Notes: generated from the letters alone by a model not told the origin. A stretch of 64,000 bases of DNA from Actinomycetota bacterium (GCA_046727575.1 JBKPCV010000033.1:1006-65005); one strand, 5' to 3'. Numbered from the stretch's first letter, positions 27,759 to 36,516 are shown. Program-made: numbers and translations.

Positions 27759-29539
27759 CTCCACGGCTGGCGGCGCCTCGAACGGCGGCACCGGCCGCGG
27801 CCGACGAGGGCGCCCCAGGAGCCGGAGCGTGGGAGTGGTTCGCGGTGGCGCTCTTCGCCGTCGGTTCGGCTGCCGGCATCGTTCTCGCCATCGTCGAGCG
27901 ATCGCTGCCACCCCCCGCGCCGTTCGTGCTGCTTGCCGTGCTCCTCGCCTGCGCGGTCAACCGCTTCGCGCTGTTCCCGACAGAGCTTGCAGTGACGGCC
28001 GAGATCGCGGTGTTGCTCGCCGCCATCGTTTGGTTCCACAGCGACAGTCCGTTGACGGCACCGTGGCTCCTCGCATTCCTCGCCGGTGCGTTCGACCTGG
28101 TGCACTGGCGTCAACGCTCGTTCGTCCGCATGGCGTACAACGCCGGTCAGCGCATGATCGCGACGCTCGTCGCGTCGATGGCGTTCGCCGGCGTGCTGGA
28201 CGTCGTCGGTTCTTCATCGGTCGTGGCCATCGGTGCGGCAGCATTGGGAGCCTCACTTGCGTTCGCCGTCGTGGAGGCGGCGGTCGGTACCGTCCTCGTG
28301 CGGCTCCGCGACCGCGAAGCATGGAGCAGCGCAGCGCGCGTCGAGCTGCCGATGGAGCTGCTCAGCCTGCCTCTCGGCATCGTCGGCGCGGCGGCGGGGT
28401 ATCTCGGTCTCGAGATGGGCTGGTGGGCGGCGGCACTCGTCCTGGTCCCCACGCTGTTCGTACCCGAGATCGCCTTCGTTCCGCGTCGCGGACCGCGGTC
28501 GTGGCGTGTGCCCGCACCACTACTCCTCGTCGGCGCCATCGGCCTGGTCGTGGTGGCGTTGGTCTCGCCTCTCCCAGAGCTGTCGACGCTGGCAAGCCTT
28601 GCCGTCGTCGCCCTAGCGGTGGGCCTCGAGGCGCGAGTCGACGCGGCCCGGCCCGTTCCGGCGTTGGCGTCGACCGTGGTCGTCGCGGCGTTCGTGGTGT
28701 CAGAGCGATCGGCGCTCGTCGTCGCGGGCGCCGTCGCGATCATCGCGACGGTCGGCGCGGGTTGCGCCGCACGCGTGTGCAAGTGGTGGGCGCCGTTGCT
28801 CGCAGGGGTCGCGGGCTGCGCGGCCGCGGCGCTCTACGACCTGCACCCGTCCAGGGCCAGCGCGTTGGTCGCCGCGCTCGCGTTCGAGTTCGTCGTGCTC
28901 ACGCGCCCTGAGCGCGTCGTGTGGACGGCGCCGATCGTCGGCGCGGCGGCGGTCCTGGCCGACGCGTGGCGGGCGGTGGGCGCCTGGGGCGCGCTCGTCT
29001 TCGGCAGCGGCCTCTTCGTCACCCTTGTAGTTGCCGTCGCGTACGGCGCGCCGCCGTGGCAGAGCCGGTTCCTGTCGCGCTGGGCGAGTCGTCAGCCGAC
29101 GGCCGCCCATCGAATGTGGTACGGGCTCGCGTTGGTCGGCGCGGCTGCGTGTGGTATCGCCGCGTCGGAGTTTCCCTCGACCCGCGAGGTCCTCGTACCC
29201 GTCGCCGCCGCGGCCGCCGCCGCCATCACCGCTCGATCGCTGGTGGCGGTCCGCCAATGGCGGTTCCAACCGCGCCGGCGGGTGAGGGACGCCGCCGTCG
29301 TCCTCGCGGCCGCGTGCGGGGTCGTGCTCGTCTACCCGCCGCTCGGGCTCGATGGCAGTGCCTGGGCGCCGGTGATCCTCGCGTCGGGCGTCGCCATCTC
29401 CTGGCTCGTCGCGCGGCCATTGGCGCGTCGCGCCGCGATGTCGAGGGTCACACCAGACGCGGCTCGTTCAGGTCGAAGTACTCCTTCATCTCCACCGTCC
29501 GCATCCACTCGTCCATCGTCTTCTGCTGCTCGGGGGTGA
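27755..29539 (+). CDS. large polytopic membrane protein of unknown function, paralog B
   Basis: GTG 27755 overlaps the paralog A stop (GTGA). Collinear blocks LFPTELAVTAEIAVLLAAIV; VHWRQRSFVRMAYNAGQRMIATLVASMAF; KWWAP; VVWTAP; PPWQSR; VRQWRF. The last ~30 codons overlap the convergent gene. Confidence 0.8.
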   Translation: MTPRLAAPRTAAPAAADEGAPGAGAWEWFAVALFAVGSAAGIVLAIVERSLPPPAPFVLLAVLLACAVNRFALFPTELAVTAEIAVLLAAIVWFHSDSPLTAPWLLAFLAGAFDLVHWRQRSFVRMAYNAGQRMIATLVASMAFAGVLDVVGSSSVVAIGAAALGASLAFAVVEAAVGTVLVRLRDREAWSSAARVELPMELLSLPLGIVGAAAGYLGLEMGWWAAALVLVPTLFVPEIAFVPRRGPRSWRVPAPLLLVGAIGLVVVALVSPLPELSTLASLAVVALAVGLEARVDAARPVPALASTVVVAAFVVSERSALVVAGAVAIIATVGAGCAARVCKWWAPLLAGVAGCAAAALYDLHPSRASALVAALAFEFVVLTRPERVVWTAPIVGAAAVLADAWRAVGAWGALVFGSGLFVTLVVAVAYGAPPWQSRFLSRWASRQPTAAHRMWYGLALVGAAACGIAASEFPSTREVLVPVAAAAAAAITARSLVAVRQWRFQPRRRVRDAAVVLAAACGVVLVYPPLGLDGSAWAPVILASGVAISWLVARPLARRAAMSRVTPDAARSGRSTPSSPPSASTRPSSSAARG

Positions 29540-30206
29540 GCTCCTTCCGCTCCCCTTCGCGCGCTTCGGCTTCCGAGCGGAAGTACACCAAGTCGAAGAA
29601 CGAGCCGTCGTCCAAGCGCGCGAGCGTCTCGCCCAAGATGTCGGGCCGGGCGTCACGCGTGAAGGCCTCCCACTGTTGGATGTTGCCCAAGAGCTGGTCG
29701 AGCGCCGGTCGGTCCTTCACCGTGCCGCGCACGATCTGCACGAACGTGGCGTCGTTGGAACCCCCGCCGAGCAGCAGGTGGACGTCGGTGCTGTCGCGGA
29801 ACTCCACGTCACGCACGCAGTTCTCCGCCTCGGCCCACCATGCACCCTGCTCGGGTCGGTCGCTGTTGCGCTTCGCAGCGTCAGCCGATTCGAAGCGAGC
29901 CGTGGCGACGAAGCGACCGTCGCTCGTGGTCCCGACCGTGCTCCCGAGGAACCCCTCGGCACGTCTGATCTCACGCAACCACCGCTCGTCCTGATCGCGC
30001 AGCCCCTCCTCATCGGTCACCTTGCCCGTGATCACCTGGATGAACATCGCGGCGTCCTGTGTGCACAGCGCTGCAACCGAACCGCCGTCGCCGGCGAACC
30101 GGTTGATCAGGTCGGCGGTCGGGCCCGGCTCGATTCCGACGACCGCGGCGGCCGCCGCCAAGGTGGTGATCGGTTCGCGATGTTCCGTTCCGTTCTGCAC
30201 CAGCAC
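29448..30206 (-). CDS. hypothetical protein with an internal duplication of an ABM/dimeric alpha-beta-barrel-like module (inferred)
   Basis: ORF 29448..30659. Coding-like sequence starts about GSDLVLVQNGTEH. Candidate starts GTG 30206/30200 or ATG 30047. Repeats MFIQVITGKVTD...FRDSTDV and ATFVQIVRGTVKD...YFDLNEP. Confidence 0.6.
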   Translation of the reverse strand: MLVQNGTEHREPITTLAAAAAVVGIEPGPTADLINRFAGDGGSVAALCTQDAAMFIQVITGKVTDEEGLRDQDERWLREIRRAEGFLGSTVGTTSDGRFVATARFESADAAKRNSDRPEQGAWWAEAENCVRDVEFRDSTDVHLLLGGGSNDATFVQIVRGTVKDRPALDQLLGNIQQWEAFTRDARPDILGETLARLDDGSFFDLVYFRSEAEAREGERKELTPEQQKTMDEWMRTVEMKEYFDLNEPRLV

Positions 30207-30213
30207 GAGGTCG

Positions 30214-30675
30214 CTACCGTGCGACGCGCACCTGCTCGCCGAGCACACGGCCTCCCAACCCCGACCCCACGTAGAACGGTGTCCCGAAGCCGCCGCGTGT
30301 GTAGCGCAACCCGATCTTGCCGTTGGCGCGTCGGCGAGAGGGCGCCAGCACGCGCTCTGCGAGTGCGTGCCAACTCTCGCGGGTGGTGACGAACGCACCG
30401 GCATCGGCGATAGGAGGTAGTCGCCGCCATGCTCCCAGCCACCCGTCGGCGCACCACTCGGACAGCTCGGGCTCCGCGCGCGCCAGCTGATCCCACGTGA
30501 GGTCACCGTTCGTGACCGGGCTGAGCAGCGGGAGTCCCGCCAGTCGCGGCTCGGGCGCGACAGGGTCGCACGCGAACCACGGCGGCTGCTGCACCGCCGG
30601 CGGCGACGGCTCGAGCACGCGAACGTCGTAACACTGTCCGACGCGGTCGAACGCTTCACGGCGCGGGTCGCTCAT
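30214..30675 (-). CDS. hypothetical protein (possibly the N-terminal part of one gene continuing into 29448..30206)
   Basis: ORF 30214..30858, ATG 30675 (MSDPRREAFDRVGQCYDV...GLRYTRGGFGTPFYVGSGLGGRVLGEQVRVAR stop). The stop TAG lies 7 nt before the next coding-like frame. Confidence 0.55.
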   Translation of the reverse strand: MSDPRREAFDRVGQCYDVRVLEPSPPAVQQPPWFACDPVAPEPRLAGLPLLSPVTNGDLTWDQLARAEPELSEWCADGWLGAWRRLPPIADAGAFVTTRESWHALAERVLAPSRRRANGKIGLRYTRGGFGTPFYVGSGLGGRVLGEQVRVAR

Positions 30676-30706
30676 CGCCTGGTCACCCGTCCGTGAGGGA
30701 TCGGGC

Positions 30707-32368
30707 TCACGTGTCGGCGAGGGCATACTCGTAGCCGCGGCGCGTTCCCACGTAGACGCGGCCGTTCCAGACCGCGGGTGTGGCCTCGATGCAGCCGCCG
30801 AGCTGGACCGCCCAGAGTTCCGGGGGGTCGACCGCGGTGTCGTGCACGTCGTAAGCATGCATCGTGCCCGCGCAGTCGCCTTGGAGCCACACCCCGTCGA
30901 CGATGACCGGCGAGCTCATGAGGGGGCCCGCCAGTTGCTTCTCCCACCGGACGGCGCCAGTGACGCGGTCGACGCCCACCGCGCGGCCCGAATACGTGGT
31001 GAAGATGACGAGATCGCCGGTGATGCCTGCGCTCGAATACACACCTGCTTGCTCGACGGCGTCGTCGTGCTGCGACCACACGAGTGCCGCGTCGCCGCCG
31101 CGCGTCGGATCGAGCGCCATCATCTGACCGACGTCCGACGCACGCGCGAGGTGCCGTTCCCATTCGGATCCCACGTACAGGATCCCGCGTTCGTCGACGG
31201 TGACCGTTCCGTCGGTATCGGATCCGGTCCAGAACCGGAAGACGCGCTGCGGTTCCCCCGAGCCGTCGAGCAGTGGTGTGATGTCCCATCCCTGGACGAG
31301 ACCACCCGAGTTTGCGAAGTAGAGGGTGTTGCCGAAGATGGTGACCGAGCTCTCGATCGACACCTCGCTGCCGTAATCGCTGAGCGCTTGATCGTCCCAG
31401 CCGGGAGCGTGCCACACCAACTCCGGAGCAACAGTGACGTAGCCGTCGGCACCGAGCGCGCGGTTCAGCTTCACGGCATGCATCTGACTGTTCTCGCCAC
31501 CCTCGAAGAGCCAGTCGCGCAGCACCAACGCGCTGCCGTCCCAGTCGTCGTTCCAAAGTGTGGGCGACACGTCGCGTGCGTCGAGCGCCCAGAGCTCCGT
31601 GAGCTCCGGGCGATCGAACGCGAGCACGCGGAACTTGTTGTCTCGCGAACCGACATAGATGAGCGGGTACCCGTCCGGATCGACCGTGACTGATCCCTTG
31701 ATGATGTCGCCGGTCACGAACGGAGGAAGGATGTCCTCTCCCGTAGCACCGTCGACGACGTGCATCGCGCGGTCGTATGCGCCGAACACCACCCACGTGC
31801 GTCCGCCGCGTTCGAACACCGCCGGCTGGCCGGTCCAGCCGTTCCCACACCATTGCGTCGTCTTGCCGCTGTCCTCGGACAGCGAGCACATCGTGTGCCC
31901 CGGGTACTCCCACGCCACCTGTGGCGCGCGCGGCACCGGGCCCTGCCCGTAGTAGTTGCGCGTCGGATTACCTCGGAACGTCAGGAGGCCCGCGACGGTG
32001 GCGCCCGGATAGGGGCGATAGACGGACGCGGGATCGACCCAACCCGTGAACGGCGGCGACGTCGCCGTTGTGGGGACTGTCGAAACGGTGGCGGGCGCGG
32101 GAGAGGTCGCGTGCGCGTCGGCGACCGGCGCCTCAGTCGTGACGTCGTCGTGTTCGTCCGACGTGATGACGACAGTGATGAAGGCGCCCGCGATAGCGAC
32201 TATGCCGATCGATGTCAACGAGAACAACCAACGACGGTTCCGCCGTCTGCGCAGGTACCGCCCCTCGCGCCGGTTTGCGATGCGCGCTCTCGACGCCGAC
32301 GCCGCTCTGCGCACCCGGGAAACGTTACGGAGCTGCGGTCGCGATTTGGGTGATGGTTCCCGTCGCAC
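30707..32368 (-). CDS. membrane-anchored PQQ-like beta-propeller repeat protein
   Basis: Arg-rich N-terminus, TM (WLFSLTSIGIVAIAGAFITVVI), Thr/Pro linker. Repeated propeller-like strands (AMHVVDGATGEDI; LIYVGSRDNKFRVLAFD; LYFANSGGLVQGWD; AVGVDRVTGAVRWEK; GRVYVGTRRGYEYAL). Confidence 0.7.
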   Translation of the reverse strand: MRREPSPKSRPQLRNVSRVRRAASASRARIANRREGRYLRRRRNRRWLFSLTSIGIVAIAGAFITVVITSDEHDDVTTEAPVADAHATSPAPATVSTVPTTATSPPFTGWVDPASVYRPYPGATVAGLLTFRGNPTRNYYGQGPVPRAPQVAWEYPGHTMCSLSEDSGKTTQWCGNGWTGQPAVFERGGRTWVVFGAYDRAMHVVDGATGEDILPPFVTGDIIKGSVTVDPDGYPLIYVGSRDNKFRVLAFDRPELTELWALDARDVSPTLWNDDWDGSALVLRDWLFEGGENSQMHAVKLNRALGADGYVTVAPELVWHAPGWDDQALSDYGSEVSIESSVTIFGNTLYFANSGGLVQGWDITPLLDGSGEPQRVFRFWTGSDTDGTVTVDERGILYVGSEWERHLARASDVGQMMALDPTRGGDAALVWSQHDDAVEQAGVYSSAGITGDLVIFTTYSGRAVGVDRVTGAVRWEKQLAGPLMSSPVIVDGVWLQGDCAGTMHAYDVHDTAVDPPELWAVQLGGCIEATPAVWNGRVYVGTRRGYEYALADT

Positions 32369-32618
32369 AGACTCCGCGCGGCGCGTCGCGCGCGTAGACC
32401 GAGCGCATCCAGACTGCGGTCAGCGTGTCGATGACCTCCCCGTCCCTCGGGAACTTTGGCGAGGTACTGCGCGAGCTCGTGTTCGTCGAAGTCGAGGGAC
32501 GGCGGCTAGAGGACGACCGGGTACACCTCGCCGAACTCGAGCTCATGCGTGCCGTCGACCCCGGCACGGCGCAGCTCCACGAGACGGTGGAGGGCTCAGC
32601 GCCTCATAGTCTGCGACC

Positions 32619-32945
32619 GTGACCGACGCGCCGGAGACCGTGCTCGAAGCCGTGAACTTCCTCGAGCGGGAGGGCTACACCGCTGCCGTCACGGTGCGGG
32701 CCGACGGCACGTTCCGCTGCGGTGTGTGCTCCCACGTCCACCCGATCGCGCAGGCGTTGGTCGATCGCGTCTTCCGTTACGAAGGTGCGAGCGATCCCGA
32801 CGACGAGGCGATCGTCCTGGGTGTGCGGTGCCCGCAATGCGGCGCCAAAGGTGTGCTGGTGTCCGCGTTCGGACCCGGTGCCGAACCAGCCGTGCTCCAG
32901 AACCTGCAATTCCTCGACGCCCGGTTCCGCGACCAGCGAGGCTGA
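32619..32945 (+). CDS. small hypothetical protein with CxxC...CxxC zinc-ribbon-like motif
   Basis: GTG start. FRCGVCSHVHP...VRCPQCGAKG. Acidic, balanced composition. Confidence 0.55.
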   Translation: MTDAPETVLEAVNFLEREGYTAAVTVRADGTFRCGVCSHVHPIAQALVDRVFRYEGASDPDDEAIVLGVRCPQCGAKGVLVSAFGPGAEPAVLQNLQFLDARFRDQRG

Positions 32946-33009
32946 CGCCCACACGCGTGCGTGGCGCGGCCAGATCTACTGCGCGCACCCGTTTCACAGT
33001 GGGCGGGTA

Positions 33010-33157
33010 GTGCGAACGTCTCGCCCGACCTGAAGCCGACTTCGAGCGTCTCGCCATCAAGATCCGCAGCGACGCGCGCGCACAAGGGATCCAACGACTT
33101 GAGGCCGAGCGCAATGTCGATGAAACGCGGCAGCACCTGCTCGTCGTAGAAGCTCAC
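33010..33157 (-). pseudogene. N-terminal remnant of a class I SAM-dependent methyltransferase (about 45 codons)
   Basis: From GTG 33157: VSFYDEQVLPRFIDIALGLKSLDPLCARVAADLDGETLEVGFRSGETFALPA resembles the MSFYDERVLPR...EIGFGSG N-terminus of that family. The frame then runs antisense into gene 32619..32945. Confidence 0.35.
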
Positions 33158-33205
33158 TCCCGAGAGTGTGCCACGGCCCGGTGCGCGAACGGCCAGAGGC
33201 GTACG

Positions 33206-34489
33206 GTGTGCGAGGTGGTCGACGTCCCTGTGCCCGGAGTACGCCACGCGGCAATCGAGACGAAGCCACCGGGACGGTTCGAGGCGCTCCGGTTCCCGGA
33301 CTACCGGGTGCTGTTCGTGTCGTCGACGCTCATGTTCTTTGCCATCAACGCGCAGCAGATCGCGCGTGGCTGGCTCGCGATCGAACTCACTGGCACCAAC
33401 GCCGGCCTGGGCGGCGTGTTCGTCGCTTTCGGCCTGCCGATGCTCGTCGTGAGCCCTGTCGGAGGCGTGCTCGCCGACCGGTTCCCCAAGCGCACGGTGC
33501 TCGGCGCGTGCCAGTCGGTGATCCTCGCTGCCGCGTTGATCGTCGCCATCACCGACGCGATAGGAGTGCTGGAGTACTGGATGCTGCTCCTCGCCGCGGT
33601 GGTGCACGGCACGGGCATGTCGATCATGGGGCCCACGCGTATGGCGTTCGCCGGTGAGGTCGTCGGCCGCGAGTTCTTGCCGAATGCGATCGTCCTCCAG
33701 CAGATGGGCATGAACAGCACCCGGGTGATCGGGCCGGCGATCGCGGGTGCACTGATCGGCATCGACTCCATTGGTGCGGGCGGAGTGTTCATCCTGACGT
33801 CAATGATCATCTTCATCGCGATCCTCTTCACGATGCGGTTGCCGAACAACCCGCCGCGTTCGCGGACCGTCGAGGAGTCACCGTTCAGTGAACTCGTCGA
33901 CGGTCTGCGCTACGTCCGGTCGCGGCCGCAGGTCCTGATGTTGGTCGTGGCCTTCACGGTCGTCGTGGTCGTCGGCTTTCCGTACCTCGCGTTCCTCCCG
34001 GCGGTCGCCACGGACATCCTCCACGTCGGTTCGGGCGGCTACGGCGTGATGTCCACCGTGAGCGCGATCGGGGCGGTGGTCGCGTCGTTCTGGATCGCGG
34101 GCCGTGTTGCCCGTGGCAACATCTGGTACCTGCAAGCCTTCTGCGGGATAGGTTTCGCTGCCGGGCTGATGCTCCTCGCGGTGGCGCCGACCTATGGCAT
34201 CGCGCTCCTCGTGCTGTTCTTCGTCGGCGGTTTCACGTCGGGATTCCAGTCCACCAACAACGCGCTGGCGCTCACCGAGACCGACCTCGCGTACCACGGG
34301 CGTGTGCAGTCGCTGCTCATGACTGGTTGGGCCGCGTCCGCGATCATCGCGTTACCGCTCGGCGTGCTCGCCGACGCAGTGGGCTTACGCGAGACGTTGT
34401 TCGTCATGGGCGTGATCTGTCTCGTCGGCATGGGTGCCTACGTCGTCGCACGGCGGCGCTACGTCGCGCGCGAGAAGCTTCCGTTCTGA
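33206..34489 (+). CDS. MFS transporter (EntS/DHA3-like)
   Basis: FRFPDYRVLFVSSTLMFFAINAQQIARGWL, SPVGGVLADRFPKR, 12 TM-like segments. Confidence 0.85.
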   Translation: MCEVVDVPVPGVRHAAIETKPPGRFEALRFPDYRVLFVSSTLMFFAINAQQIARGWLAIELTGTNAGLGGVFVAFGLPMLVVSPVGGVLADRFPKRTVLGACQSVILAAALIVAITDAIGVLEYWMLLLAAVVHGTGMSIMGPTRMAFAGEVVGREFLPNAIVLQQMGMNSTRVIGPAIAGALIGIDSIGAGGVFILTSMIIFIAILFTMRLPNNPPRSRTVEESPFSELVDGLRYVRSRPQVLMLVVAFTVVVVVGFPYLAFLPAVATDILHVGSGGYGVMSTVSAIGAVVASFWIAGRVARGNIWYLQAFCGIGFAAGLMLLAVAPTYGIALLVLFFVGGFTSGFQSTNNALALTETDLAYHGRVQSLLMTGWAASAIIALPLGVLADAVGLRETLFVMGVICLVGMGAYVVARRRYVAREKLPF

Positions 34490-34493
34490 GGAG

Positions 34494-34895
34494 TCAGCGC
34501 TTGCTCCAGTCGATCCCGAGTGCGTAGAGCATCCACATCTCGGCTAGCCGGCCGTCCTCGACTCGGCATAGTTGGAGCCACGAGACTGTCGTGGGTTCCT
34601 CGGTCCTACGCCTGACGCCCGTCGTCGTCACTCGCGACCACACGCTGTCGCCCGAAACCGCCTGCGCCTCGATGCGCACGTCCGCGATCTCCATCGACTC
34701 GCGGTACTGGAGCATGTCGGCCTTCGCCTGCTGGCGCGTTCGAATGACCGTCCCCGTGTGTCCGTGACGGACGAACTTCTCGGCGAGAATCTCGTCGAGT
34801 GTGTCGATGTCGCCGTTGTACCAAACGGCCCACCAACGCCCGACCAACGCTCCGTAATCGGACACGGTGGCAGTGTACGAACCCGCGCTCGACAT
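34494..34895 (-). CDS. SnoaL-like/ester-cyclase (NTF2 superfamily) protein
   Basis: RWWAVWYNGDIDTLDEILAEKFVRHG...CRVEDGRLAEMW. Confidence 0.7.
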   Translation of the reverse strand: MSSAGSYTATVSDYGALVGRWWAVWYNGDIDTLDEILAEKFVRHGHTGTVIRTRQQAKADMLQYRESMEIADVRIEAQAVSGDSVWSRVTTTGVRRRTEEPTTVSWLQLCRVEDGRLAEMWMLYALGIDWSKR

Positions 34896-35054
34896 CGCAT
34901 GGCCACCCAAGCGCGACCTGTGAGCTGCCCTCGTGTTGCATGCTTCGAGGGTCTGCTCCCTCCACCGCTCGACGACGCGGTTCCACCGGTCGTCGAGCTG
35001 AGGGCGCGTCCTAGACTGGCCGGGCCGATGGCACGCGTCACTGTCGGTCTACCC

Positions 35055-35127
35055 GCGCTCGTAGCTCAACGGATAGAGCATCTGACTACGGATCAGAAGG
35101 TTGGGGGTTCGAATCCCTCCGAGCGCG
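35055..35127 (+). tRNA. tRNA-Arg(ACG); integration target
   Basis: GCGCTCGTAGCTCAACGGATAGAGCATCTGACTACGGATCAGAAGGTTGGGGGTTCGAATCCCTCCGAGCGCG. Acceptor GCGCTCG/CGAGCGC, anticodon stem TCTGA/TCAGA, loop CTACGGA. Confidence 0.92.
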
Positions 35128-35128
35128 C
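35084..35128 (+). repeat. attL core (tRNA-Arg positions 30-73 plus 1 nt)
   Basis: gactacggatcagaaggttgggggttcgaatccctccgagcgcgc, identical to 63354-63398. Confidence 0.9.
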
Positions 35129-35142
35129 TGCGAAGGTGCTGG

Positions 35143-36372
35143 TCAGCGGGTTGGAACTGCCGTCGCGGTTCGCTCCGGTAGCGAGCCTTCTACCGGATCT
35201 TCTACCGGATCGGCTGACATGAGCCGGGAGAAGACAGCAGCGGCCTCCGCTTGCATCCCGGGGAGTACCCATCCGTAGACGTCGAGCGTGAAGCTCGGCG
35301 TCGCGTGACCCAACCGCTCGCTGACGACCTTGACCGGCACGCCCGCTTTCAACAGCAGCGACGCGTGGGTGTGCCGCAGGTCGTGCAGACGGATGGACGG
35401 AAGACCGATGCGGACAACCACACGCTCGAAGACCCGGCTGAGGAGTTCGGGGTGAGTTGGCCGACCGTCCGGTCGCGCGAAGACGAGGTCATGGTCCTCG
35501 TAGCCCGCGCCCACGAGCAGCCGCTCCTCGACCTGCGTGCGTCGCCACGCATGGAGCGCAAGCGCGACGTCATCGTTGATGTCGATGGTGCGACGCCCGT
35601 TGCTGGTCTTGACGTCGGCGATGTGGAGTTCGTAGGCGACGACCGTCGCGGCTTGACGGACGTGGATGAGGTTTGCGTCGAGGTCGACGTCGGCCCAGCG
35701 TAGGCCTGCCACTTCGCCTCGGCGCATACCCGTGTGCGCGGCCAGCAGCAGCGCCGGCCCGAGACGCTCATCGCCGACTGACGCGAGGAACGTCTGGAGC
35801 TGCGCCGCGGTCCAGACACGCATCTCGTGTCCGCGCGTGTTCGAGGAGCCGCGCTTCGGCGGGTCGGCGAGCGCGGCGGGGTTGCGGATCAGCGTTCCCT
35901 TACGAACGGCATCGCCGAGCGCCTTACGGAGGATGCGATGGACGTAGCGCACACTCGCCGGGCTCAGGCCTGGACTGTTCCCGCTGGTGTTCCGCCGACC
36001 CGACTCGAGGAGCCGCGCATAGAGGGTGTCGAGGTCTTCGGGCGCGAGCCGCGCGAGCGGAACGTTGCCCAGCATCGGGAGGACGTGCAACTCAATCGTT
36101 CGACGATACGAGTGAAACGTGCTGGCCTTGAGCTGGCTGCGCTGCGACGGCAGCCACCGCTCCGTCAGGTAAACACCCACAGCCACCTTCTCCGGTGCGC
36201 GGTAGTCACCATCGTTGCGACGCTTCACGAGCTCGGTGACGAGCCTGTCGGCGTCAGACTTGCGCGCACCCGCCGGATACCAACGACGGCGTTCCTTTCC
36301 CGTCGCCGGATCGACGCCCTCGTAGATGACGGCGTAGTAGCGGCTTCCCTTCTTCGCTGTGTAACCGCGCAT
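35143..36372 (-). CDS. int: tyrosine recombinase/integrase with N-terminal arm-binding (AP2-like) domain
   Basis: MRGYTAKKGSRYYAVIYEGVDPATGKERRRWYPAG; catalytic region HTGMRRGEVAGLRW...RLHDLRHTHASLLLKAGVP...ERLGH...YGWVLPG. Confidence 0.92.
   Translation of the reverse strand: MRGYTAKKGSRYYAVIYEGVDPATGKERRRWYPAGARKSDADRLVTELVKRRNDGDYRAPEKVAVGVYLTERWLPSQRSQLKASTFHSYRRTIELHVLPMLGNVPLARLAPEDLDTLYARLLESGRRNTSGNSPGLSPASVRYVHRILRKALGDAVRKGTLIRNPAALADPPKRGSSNTRGHEMRVWTAAQLQTFLASVGDERLGPALLLAAHTGMRRGEVAGLRWADVDLDANLIHVRQAATVVAYELHIADVKTSNGRRTIDINDDVALALHAWRRTQVEERLLVGAGYEDHDLVFARPDGRPTHPELLSRVFERVVVRIGLPSIRLHDLRHTHASLLLKAGVPVKVVSERLGHATPSFTLDVYGWVLPGMQAEAAAVFSRLMSADPVEDPVEGSLPERTATAVPTR
35187..35210 (+). 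repeat. 2 x 12-bp direct repeat (cttctaccggat)2; candidate arm-type integrase binding site (P-prime arm), inside the int 3-prime end
   Basis: Identical 24-mer at 63218-63241 in the same orientation. Lies 58 bp from the core. Confidence 0.5.
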
Positions 36373-36393
36373 GCGAGGTCTCCTTCCAGCGCG

Positions 36394-36516
36394 TTACCGC
36401 TCTTCGGTGAGCCGGTTCTGGCGGGCACTCGCGCGCATCGCTTGCTGCCATCTGATCCGCTGTACCGGTCGGTGACGCGTCGTTCGCAGTCGACCGTCGT
36501 CGTCACGACCTGGCAT
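36394..36516 (-). CDS. 40-aa Arg-rich small ORF immediately upstream of int
   Basis: GAGAAGGAG then ATG 36516: MPGRDDDGRLRTTRHRPVQRIRWQQAMRASARQNRLTEER. Too short for the ORF track. The stop lies 21 nt before the int start. Confidence 0.3.
   Translation of the reverse strand: MPGRDDDGRLRTTRHRPVQRIRWQQAMRASARQNRLTEER

Noticed and set aside
32425-32622. 65-aa plus-strand ORF in the divergent intergenic region upstream of gene 32619.
   Set aside because: Third-position GC is mixed, no motif or RBS was seen, and it overlaps the probable promoter region of two divergent genes.
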